This document shows, piece after piece, positions 55,081-64,000 of a stretch of 64,000 nt of DNA. Under the pieces are notes generated by a model, which was not told where the DNA came from, searched no databases, and was given only the letters and a program-made list of their open reading frames with translations. The stretch comes from Octopus vulgaris (Eukaryota). The translations under genes and the position numbers were made by a program. The stretch is taken from the NCBI GenBank assembly GCA_951406725.2, contig OX597823.1, positions 75,516,001 to 75,580,000 on the forward strand, in the 5' to 3' direction. Positions within the stretch are counted from its first letter, which is position 1. Each line of letters opens with the position of its first letter.

Positions 55081-55390
55081 ACACCTTTTATCAATTCAAA
55101 ATGAATAATTAATTTACACCATCTAGAAAATTACATATAATAGAAAAGTTAAAATTAAAATAACAATTAAAAAGTAAGGTTTAAGTAAATTACAAAAATA
55201 ATATAATGTATATAATAGGTATAATATATATATATATATATATATATTATACCTATTATATACATTATATTATTTTTGTAATTTACTTAAACCTTACTTT
55301 TTAATTGTTATTTTAATTTTAACTTTTCTATTATATGTAATTTTCTAGATGGTTTAATTTAATTATTCATTTTGAATTGATAAAAGGTGT
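55081..55390. repeat. 310 bp near-perfect palindrome centred on (TA)n
   Basis: ACACCTTTTATCAATTC...TAGGTATAATA-(TA)n-TATTATACCTA...GAATTGATAAAAGGTGT. I found 2 mismatches. Confidence 0.97.
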
Positions 55391-55443
55391 ATATATATAT
55401 ATATATATATATATAGATATATATAATCTATATCTATCTATTG

Positions 55444-55490
<47 letters not shown>

Positions 55491-56045
55491 CGTTGAATGT
55501 AAATAATGTAAATAAATTAAGTTTTTCGGCCAAACACGAGGTTGATGGTTTAACGCCGGCAAGAAATCCTCCAACGGATATAACAACAGAATTAGGAGAG
55601 GAGAAAAGTTTGACCAGTATGCTAGGCGTCCGGTGGCAAAAAGGCAGGAAATATAAAATCAGTCACGGGTCACGTGTGGGTAGCAGATATAGGAGAAGAA
55701 AGATGGGAGAGAGTGAGAGAGAGAGAGTGACAGAGAGAGAGAGAGATAGAGGAGCAGAAAACAGGGGAAGGGGGGAGAAAGTCTACAATTAAGTGTGAAG
55801 AAGCGAGAGAAAACGAGAGAGGTGTAGGTGTGTTAGAAAGGGAATATTAGGACGAGAGACAAAGAAAGGAAGAACGATACATAGTCATAAAAAATAATAA
55901 AAGTAAAATAAACAGTTTAAACTGGTATATTTTAAGTTATTAACATAATATGATAAAATATGATATTATTATTATCATATAACATAAATATATTCCCTAC
56001 AATTTTTTTTCCAATTCAGGCACAAAAACTAAAAATTATATATTA

Positions 56046-58072
56046 TTTTCGTTTTTCTTGTTTCAGCTCAGAGATGCGGCCATGCTGATGCACTGCCGTT
56101 TTGTGCTACACTGTTATTACTAAGAGCCTCCTCTAATATGTGGCACTTGGTGAAGAATGGAGTTTGATATAGCTACCCTCATTTGCATCTCTTGCCGTGA
56201 GGTAGGTTCATCTGGGACTCTCGACAGGAAGATGTCCAGCTTTGATTTAAAAACCACTACATCTACTTTGTGCAAGTTCCTCAGACTCTTTGGGAGGATA
56301 TTAAAAAGCTGTGGGCCCTTGAAACCCAGGCTGTTGCAGTAGCTGTTCCTGAAGCGTGATGGCATTACTGGGATCTTAGGCACTATGTAGTGTCGTCCCG
56401 TTATAGCATTGGTGTAGCTTACAATGCCAAAATTTGGCATAATTCCTTCCAGGGTCTTCCAGATATATATTACTGCATACTTCTCCCGTCTTCTCTCCAG
56501 GGAGTAGAATCTTAGCTGTTTCAACATTTCCCAGTAGCTGAGCTGTTGCAAAGAGACGATCTTCTTTGTGAAATTTCTCTGGATTGCTTCTAGGTGCGCT
56601 GTTAGTTTCACACTAGTGGGTGACCATAGCTGTGAGCAGTAATCCAGGCGGCTGAGGACGAATGTCCGCCAGAGGACCATCATAGTTTCCTTATCTCTGG
56701 TTCTGAATGTTCTTAGGATCCATCCAGCCAGTCGTCTGCACTTTGTCGCCATCCTGGTAATGTGCACTTGGAAAGAGGTATCATCACTCATGTTGATACC
56801 CAGGTCCCTCACAGACTTAGGCTCTGGGATTGAAATTCCCTGTGGACCGGTGTACCCTGTAAGTTTAATATTCAGTTTTGGTTGCTGGTAGCGCAGGGTC
56901 TGGAATTTTTCAGCATTAAACTGCATATTATTATCCTCAGCCCATCTGTAGATTGAGTTCAAATCCTGCTGCAGGTGTGCAACATAGCTGGAGTTCTGTA
57001 TTTTCTGAGAGACTTTCGTATCGTCTGCATAGCTTGCCAGAGTGGCTATCCGGGCATTTGAGGGCATATCTGAGAGGGCCACTATAAAAAGCAGTGGTCC
57101 CAAGACAGTGCCCTGTGGAACACCGCTCACTCTTTCTGTGTTCATAGAGGTGGCTCCATTAACCACTACTGCCTGACGCCTATCTTTCAGGAAGTCATGT
57201 AACCACACTCCAAGTTTTCCAGCTATGCCGAGGTCACGCAATTTGTGGCATATCATACCATGATCCACCTTGTCAAAAGCTTTTGTAAAATCAAGGTAGA
57301 GTACGTCCACCTTTGATTTGTGGAGTAACTGCCTCAAAATCCAGTCCTAATGTTGTAAGAGCTGGGTCAGGCAGCTCCTACCTGGTCGAAAACCATGCTG
57401 GGTGTCACTCAGCAAGTTATTTTCCTCAAGGAATGCAATTACTTTCTTTCTGACTATCCGTTCCATGTATTTGCTGATGTGTGAAGTCAGAGAGTTAGGC
57501 CTATAGTTTTTGGCATCTGCTCTACTTCCCCCTTTATGTGATTGGCATATTATTCCCTCCTTCAGCTTGCTTGGCAGTTTGCCATTTGTAAGAATGCTCT
57601 GGAAGAGAATCTTGAGGGGTTTTGCCAGAGCATGCTTACACGCATTGAGGACGATTGCTGGGAAACCATAAGGACCAGCAGTTGAGTTTGTGTCCACTTC
57701 ATCTATGGCTAGTAGGACATATTCTTCGCTAATGTCAATATATTCTATTGTAACTGCCTCGCTGGTTATAGGTGAGGCGACAAAGAAGTCCGCTTGTTCG
57801 TTCACTTGTCTGTGTACCAACGGGATGGTAAAGACACTTTTGAACTGGTCATTGAGTATCTCACTGATCTTAGTCGGACTGTCTGTGAGGGAGCCATCGT
57901 TTTGGAGGAGGGGTCCTATCTTGTATTTTACTGAGACTATTTCTTTCGCGTAATGAAGGAAGTTGGTCTTTGGGTTTGATATAATGTTTTTATAGCCCAG
58001 GCTTCTTTGCTTTCTCACTCACATAGGATTGTTGCAGCCTTTTTTCGATCTCCATCAGTGTTGTTTTATGGA
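56046..58072 (-). mobile_element. CR1-clade LINE, 5'-truncated, 3' end intact
   Basis: NYRPNSLTS, QHGFRPGRSC, YLDFTKAFDKVDH, GVPQGTVLGPLLF, YADDTK, RDLGI, LDYCSQLWSP. Short 3' UTR ends GCTGAAACAAGAAAAACGAAAA. Confidence 0.93.
56120..58018 (-). pseudogene. LINE ORF2 reverse transcriptase frame with one in-frame TAG
   Basis: The 223 aa and 405 aa ORFs are in the same frame, joined by QH*DWILRQ (TAG at 57347-57349). A frameshift lies near 58000. No endonuclease domain is present. Confidence 0.9.
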
Positions 58073-58614
58073 AATATTTGAGTAAGAATTAATTGACATA
58101 TTTAATTCTAATTATTAACGCTCAGAATCACAAGCATAAATATATATTTAGTAAATCTGATTTACGATTTCAAACTCTTCATATGTACTTTTCCTCTAGT
58201 TTACTGTTATGAGATTATTACTCAGATATTTCCGTAATATAAAATTTTGTTTTTGAATTTGAATTCAAACGATTGTAGCAGTTATATTTATTCAATATTA
58301 TAATAATAATATGATATTTTATTATATTATGTTACTAAATGAACATATATGAGTTTAAACTCTCTATTTTCCTTTTGTTATTGTATATTATATACACATA
58401 TCCAGTTGCATTGGAGAAAATGTTCCTACTATATTGGGTACTAAACGGATAACCAGTGAAAACCGGATGTCGTATATCGCTATAAGAGAAGCTTGTTTCC
58501 TTTAGCAGCAAATATATTTAGAAGCGAATATTTATATAGATATTAATATTGTTATTATTGGAGACAATGCAAATAGTTTATAATTTTAACAATATTAATA
58601 TATGTGGTTGCATG

Positions 58615-58824
58615 CCTTAATCAGCATTGTATAAATAGAGAATTAAAATTACATTAATCAAAAGGCACATTAAAGTATCTACCCGCTAGAAATAAGAGTT
58701 ACAAGCCTCATTTAGACCACCACAAAATATTTACACTGAAAATGACAGTCTAGCGGGTAGAGACTTAAATGTGTCTTTTGATTAATATAAGTTTAAATCT
58801 ATAGCGATATAATGCTGATTTAGG
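58615..58824. repeat. Inverted repeat, ~75 bp arms, ~60 bp spacer
   Basis: ATTAATCAAAAGGCACATTAAAGTATCTACCCGCTAGA pairs with TCTAGCGGGTAGAGACTTAAATGTGTCTTTTGATTAAT. Confidence 0.85.
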
Positions 58825-58889
58825 TGTGTAAATATATTTATATATACATACATATATATGTGTGCGCATTTGTGTGTGAGTGTATGTGT

Positions 58890-59055
58890 ATGTTTGTCTC
58901 TGTGTTTGACCCCGCGATCGCGTCACAAACGGTGTTATTGTTTACATCCCCTAAGTTAGCTAATCGGAAAAAGATAAGGACAAAATCAGTAGAAGCCTTA
59001 AAATGTAACTATTGTGGTCCCTTTCTTAGGCTAAACTCTTCACGGTCTTGTCCCT
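58890..59055 (+). mobile_element. SINE family A 3' half, strongly decayed
   Basis: CTGTGTTTGACCCC...TGTTTACATCCCCTAAGTTAGC...TCGGAAAAAGA follows the reverse complement of the family A body. Confidence 0.55.
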
Positions 59056-59570
59056 ATACATAATATTCCTTTTCTAAAACCCCTACACCTCTCAACTTCT
59101 CTCTCGTTTTCTCACACTTAATTGTCCACTTTCTCCCTTCCTTCCCTTCCCCTGTTTTCTCTCTCTCTCATTCTCTCTCTCTCTTTCTCTCCCTCTCCCC
59201 ATCCTTCTTCACTTATATCTGCTGCTATCTTTGCTACTAATTCAAGCCTCTTTCTGTTCACCTCCCTCTTCTCTCATACCTTTCTACACGCCTTTATAAT
59301 CCCCATCTGCAACTGAACTAATCTTCCCTCATTGTCGTTCCTTTTCTCACTATGCCAACTTCCAATAATTCTATATCTATTGTCCTCGAACATTGACAAA
59401 CCCAACACAATTGATATCATTTAAATACTATCTTCCTTACCTTCCTATTCATATCTCAACTTTCCCCCTCTACTACTACCCAATTTAGTACCACATTGTT
59501 ACCTCTCCTTGAACTATCTGCAAGAAGAGTGAACTATTTTTTCTCATCTCACCATTCCTACTCTTAATAC

Positions 59571-59802
59571 CTATTTCTTTACTACCCACAAGGGGCTAAA
59601 CACAGAGAGGACAAACAAGGACAAACAAACGGATTAAGTCGAATATATCGACTCCCGTGCGTAACTAGTACTTATTTAATCGACCCCGAAAGGATGAAAG
59701 GCAAAGTCGACCTCGGGGCAATTTGAACTCAGAACGTAGCGGCAGACGAAATACCACTAAGCATTTCGCCCGGCGTGGTATCGATTCTACCAGCTCGCCG
59801 CC
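59571..59802 (-). mobile_element. SINE family B, full length
   Basis: Colinear with 22133-22364. Confidence 0.92.
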
Positions 59803-60053
59803 TTTACCACACATAATACCACGAACTTCCTACCCCCACTCTAATACGGGTAGTTCTCCACATTTGTTCATTCCACCTTTAAACGTCGCTGTATTGAGTT
59901 CTGAAATGTAAGATCTTCTCTACCCAGATGACAGAGATCTGTCTTATCCAATTTTAATTGTATCTATATGGCTGCATATTTTAATGAACTACAACCACCA
60001 ACATAATTATGGATCTCGGAACCCTCAGAAATAGCAGTTGGACTTATAACACA

Positions 60054-60566
60054 CTAGCAGTATCGCCCGGCTTTGCTCGGATTTGTAAGGGAAATAACTA
60101 TATAAGCATTTTTAGAGAGTTACTTCCCTTATAGATGCCAATTCGGGCTTTCTTAGCCATTTCTGTTTTGGTGTCTTCAAGCCATGAAGTCGTTGTTCTA
60201 AAAGAACGCTGGTCTCCTTGACAATACTTTACGACGTTGATTTCCTTACACTCCCTTCCCCACAGCTTCACGAGGGAGGGAAGAAGGGGGAGAAGCAAAT
60301 AGGTGCAGGTGTGACCATGGACGCTAACTCCGTCGCCATCGACACACGAAAAATTATGCATTAAAATGGAATAAAAAATGATGTTAAATTATTTTTAAAA
60401 TTGTAGACTCATCGTAGACGCGCGCTAATAGGCAGACGGGCTCGATATGAATCACGACTATATGATACCCGAATTTGGTTAAACTGCACCGAAAAATGTG
60501 GGAGTAGTTAGGAATCTAAATCGAAGGGGACAGACACTCACACAACTACAGTTTTATATATATAGA
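60054..60566 (-). mobile_element. Non-autonomous Helitron
   Basis: Minus strand A|TCTATATATATAAAAC...CCGAGCAAAGCCGG (hairpin) GCGATACTG-CTAG|T: 5' TC, subterminal hairpin, 3' CTAG, AT target, no TSD. Confidence 0.85.
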
Positions 60567-61194
60567 TTTCTTCTACCACGTTCATTTTCTTTGTCATTTG
60601 TACCCTGTCTTATTTCAGCCTATTAATATAAATAGTTATCAATTTATACTTTAAAATTCATATTTGGATCATTTCCTCCTTTTGCTTTCGCTCGTATACG
60701 AAACACATATTTTGTATTTCAAACCCAAACTGCTATATTTAATATATTTAATATGTCGCATATCTTTATCCGCATCCTTGCATTTTTTTCATTAAAGATA
60801 TAGATTCTGATTGCATCTTCCATGTGTCAACATGTACATCCTTGAGACAATGTAACCTTAACTTTATTCATAATAACTTTGGCCTGAAGAGTAGCCGGCG
60901 GTATACACCTATCTTGATTTTTAACCACTTCTTAGGTTCCACACGCTATAAAACCTATGTAGCCTGGATCTTAGTTAATCCATTCCGCAACTATTGTATT
61001 CGTATTCACACAACCGGCAATACTGGTCGTCTACCGTGGAATATAAAAAGAACAGCTTATCAGTCTTCGGTACGAAAAATCCACAAACTTTCGTATCAAT
61101 GAATCACTATCGTCCCGGAATTTTTTTTAATACTTACTACGAATTGCTTGTACATAACTTTCTTTCTAAACTTCGTTCCCTAGTTCTGACATAT

Positions 61195-61220
61195 ACACAC
61201 AGAGACACAGACACAGACAC

Positions 61221-61306
<86 letters not shown>

Positions 61307-61308
61307 AC
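61195..61308. repeat. (CA)n microsatellite
   Basis: Direct inspection. Confidence 0.98.
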
Positions 61309-61455
61309 GAGTAGGCGCATAAATGCAAAAGTGGGTGCAAAGAAATATGGGATACCGAAGGAAGAGTAATATGTTTTCGCATAAAGGCTGCAAAACCATC
61401 ACGAAAAACTGTTCCTTAGACTTTCACGTTTCCGTTCGTCGGACATTTGTGATAA
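61309..61455 (-). mobile_element. Probable PLE 3' end with decayed hammerhead core
   Basis: Minus strand TGT-CCGACGA-ACG-GAAA-CGT-GAAA. Terminus joins (TG)n. Confidence 0.45.
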
Positions 61456-62029
61456 CGAGACTGGAATAAACTAAGGTTAACAGTCTTTTCTAACTTTTTG
61501 GCAGCTCTAATAAGTATAAATGTATATTTATATACACACACACACACACAAACGCATATATATATATATATATATATATATTGATAAAACGGTAAGATAA
61601 CAAAAGAAAGAAAGAGACCTCAATATTATGTAAATAGAGGAAATTTATCTATACAATATGTTACATTACTCGGTAGTCAAGATAAAACTCTGAGTTTCAG
61701 ATGCCGAAGTGGAAATCCACAACACCATCTCTTCGGTTATCTGGCTATTTGAAAACGTTATGAAAAAATACCGTTAAAAATGAAGGGAAATTACTCTGTT
61801 ATAACTCTGCTTTGCCTGCGTACTTATACATCGCTCGCATTTTTCGTCATAAAAATTATATAAAAATACATAAAAAATATATAAAAATATATAAAAATAT
61901 ATAAAATCTTCTTGGGACATAACACAGAAAGCATGTTCTATCCGTTTTCTTTAGGGGACCAAAAACGTAACAGAAATTTAGTCACATGTGGGCATGATCC
62001 GAAAAGTTCTGTCCTTGTATTTAGACATG

Positions 62030-62149
62030 GAGAGATGGCTTATCTGGAAAAGCAGCTTAGACCCTACCACATGTCTAAATACAAGGACAGAACTTTTCGG
62101 ATCATGCCCACATGTGACTAAATTTCTGTTACGTTTTTTGGTCCCCTAA
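62030..62149 (+). other. Endonuclease C-terminus carried in the upstream pseudo-LTR
   Basis: ERWLIWKSSLDPTTCLNTRTELFGSCPHVTKFLLRFLVP* resembles the Naiad GIY-YIG end motif LNxRxEL..xCxH..KFLL. Confidence 0.75.
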
Positions 62150-62357
62150 AGAAAACGGATAGAACATGCTTTCTGTGTTATGTTCCAAGAAGATTTTATA
62201 TATTTTTATATATTTTTATATATTTTTTATGTATTTTTATATAATTTTTATGACGAAAAATGCGAGCGATGTATAAGTACGCAGGCAAAGCAGAGTTATA
62301 ACAGAGTAATTTCCCTTCATTTTTAACGGTATTTTTTCATAACGTTTTCAAATAGCC

Positions 62358-62420
62358 AGATAACCGAAGAGATGGTGTTGTGGATTTCCACTTCGGCATC
62401 TGAAACTCAGAGTTTTATCT
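62358..62420 (+). ncRNA. Variant minimal type I hammerhead ribozyme in the pseudo-LTR (mirror copy 61680-61742, minus strand)
   Basis: AGATAA-CCGAAGA-GATG..(GTGGA-tt-TCCAC)..CATC-T-GAAA-CTC-a-GAG-T-T-TTATCT: 6 bp stem I, long stem II, near-palindromic stem III, GUU triplet. Confidence 0.65.
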
Positions 62421-62625
62421 TGACTACCGAGTAATGTAACATATTGTATAGATAAATTTCCTCTATTTACATAATATTGAGGTCTCTTTCTTTCTTTTGT
62501 TATCTTACCGTTTTATCAATAAATCACCTCCCGGACGACGTTATTCTCAACTAAGAGCTAATACGACCTTTTTGGGATTATCGCCTAACATCGGTTGAGG
62601 ACTCTCACAAACAAAAGAATCTAAT

Positions 62626-63999
62626 ATGGACGCATATCACATAGATTATTCTATGAAAAATATACCGATCCCATCAAAGGATTTTTACTCTAAGAAACTT
62701 CTGCAAAAAATTACTGATGTAATTAAGCGTATGAGATGGAAGGCTTTCTTTTTTGACACAGAAGCGAACACCAAGGAAAACATTTGCTATCGGATAAAAT
62801 CCAAAAAATTCCCTCCTAGGATTAAAGGCTTGGAAGATTTCGAAGCGGACCTGCTGAAGATCATGAGCAAAATAAAGTTTCGTAAGTCTTTTAACAATTT
62901 CCAACATAAATTGAAGAAAGATATTGATCATATAAAAAGCTCCAAGAAAAAAGCACTTTTTTCGGATAAAACCAAGAACTTATACCTGGTAGATAACAGC
63001 AAATACACACAACTCTTACACAACAGCATCATTAATAATTATACTAAGGCTAGGGCACAGACATATAACGAAATTAATAAAGAAGCTAGCGTCATCGCCG
63101 CTAAACTTAAATTAGATAAAAAAATAGAAACCCTCCCCCAAAAAGAGGCCTTTATTACTATTAAAGACCACAAAGAAAACTTCCTTTCCAATCCTAAATG
63201 TAGGCTTATCAACCCAGCCAAGTCAGAACTAGGGATTATTAGCAAAGAAATTTTAGATAAAATAAATACGAAAATTAAGACCGATACTAGGCTAGTGCAA
63301 TGGTCCAATAGTATAGAAGTCGTAGACTGGTTTAAAGCTATTAAGAATAAGAAAAAAGCGAGGTTTACACAATTCGATATTGTTGATTTTTATGCCTCTA
63401 TCTCTAAAGAACTGCTAGATAAAGCCCTAATCTTCGCTAGTGACTTCATAGAAATTAGTACCAATGATAAGGATATAATCTTCCATGCTAGAAAGACATT
63501 ACTTTTCAGTGAGAATGCAAAGTGGGTAAAAAACACCGACACGGAGGGCGCTTTCGATGTGAGCATGGGTTCATATGATGGGGCAGGCATCTGTGATCTA
63601 ATTGGACTCTTTCTCCTAGATACCTTCAGTAAGACATTCCCTAACGTACATTTCGCCATCTACAAAGATGATGCCCTCGCCTTAACAGCTAATACAAATG
63701 GACCAGCACAAGATCGTTTTAGGAAGGATATTATCCAGTTAATGAAACACTTCGGACTTAGTATAACTATAGACACTAACCTGACGGTTGTCAATTTCTT
63801 AGACGTTTCCTTAGATCTTAATAATAATATTTATAAGCCTTATAGGAAGCCCAATGATAGACTAAGTTATATTAATGTAGGTTCATGCCATCCCCCTATA
63901 GTATTCAAAAATTTAGTTAAAAATATTAGTAAGAGGATTTCTAGCCTCTCATCTAATGAGGACATCTTCAATAGCGTTGCCCCAGTTTATAATAAAGCT
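62626..63999 (+). CDS. Penelope-like (Naiad-type) reverse transcriptase, uninterrupted, 3'-partial
   Basis: Hand translation gives 458 codons with no stop: MDAYHIDYSMKNIPIP..KRMRWKA..SDKTKNLY..AFITIKDHKENF..KCRLINPAKSELG..FDIVDFYASI..FDVSMGSYDGA..IYKDDAL..VNFLDV..SCHPP. Absent from the ORF track because no stop falls inside the window. Confidence 0.93.
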   Translation, partial: MDAYHIDYSMKNIPIPSKDFYSKKLLQKITDVIKRMRWKAFFFDTEANTKENICYRIKSKKFPPRIKGLEDFEADLLKIMSKIKFRKSFNNFQHKLKKDIDHIKSSKKKALFSDKTKNLYLVDNSKYTQLLHNSIINNYTKARAQTYNEINKEASVIAAKLKLDKKIETLPQKEAFITIKDHKENFLSNPKCRLINPAKSELGIISKEILDKINTKIKTDTRLVQWSNSIEVVDWFKAIKNKKKARFTQFDIVDFYASISKELLDKALIFASDFIEISTNDKDIIFHARKTLLFSENAKWVKNTDTEGAFDVSMGSYDGAGICDLIGLFLLDTFSKTFPNVHFAIYKDDALALTANTNGPAQDRFRKDIIQLMKHFGLSITIDTNLTVVNFLDVSLDLNNNIYKPYRKPNDRLSYINVGSCHPPIVFKNLVKNISKRISSLSSNEDIFNSVAPVYNKA

Positions 64000-64000
64000 T

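Larger units (their letters stand above)
61579..64000 (+). mobile_element. Naiad-type Penelope-like retroelement with inverted pseudo-LTR (runs off the window)
   Basis: Inverted arms 61579-62029 and 62070-62521, with 1 substitution and 1 homopolymer indel seen, then a long RT ORF. Left end abuts (TA)n. Confidence 0.9.

Noticed and set aside
62674-63659. Three minus-strand ORFs of 85-89 aa
   Set aside because: Antisense shadows of the plus-strand PLE reverse transcriptase frame.
62626-63999. Selenocysteine-type (UGA-recoding) Naiad
   Set aside because: No in-frame TGA in the 458 visible codons; cysteines use TGT or TGC. The unseen endonuclease part cannot be judged.

Overview
AT-rich, microsatellite-dense eukaryotic DNA. 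The repeat content resembles what I recognise from octopus (coleoid cephalopod) genomes; this is an inference, not a lookup. No host gene can be supported with confidence, and most ORF-track entries are translations of simple repeats or antisense frames of transposons. The window is a layered set of mobile elements: R4/Dong-type LINE fragments in (AAT)n tracts, a near-intact 5'-truncated CR1-type LINE, a Tx1/L1-type 3' end in (TATC)n, Hero- and RTE-like relics, four or five tRNA-derived SINE families, mariner/rosa/maT remnants, a non-autonomous Helitron, and many Penelope-like element (PLE) ends with hammerhead-like motifs. Main highlights: (1) an uninterrupted 458-codon Naiad-type PLE reverse transcriptase ORF at 62626 to the window end, missing from the ORF track, behind a ~940 bp near-perfect palindrome formed by an inverted pseudo-LTR with a variant hammerhead; (2) a PLE 3' end with a tRNA-like Pol III head upstream of its hammerhead; (3) two SINE/LINE pairs with shared 3' tails, one involving a Tx1-type LINE; (4) a ~550 bp non-coding element that repeatedly sits in (AAT)n; (5) recurrent fold-back structures centred on or ending in (TA)n. 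All alignments and translations were done by eye, and boundaries of decayed elements are approximate.
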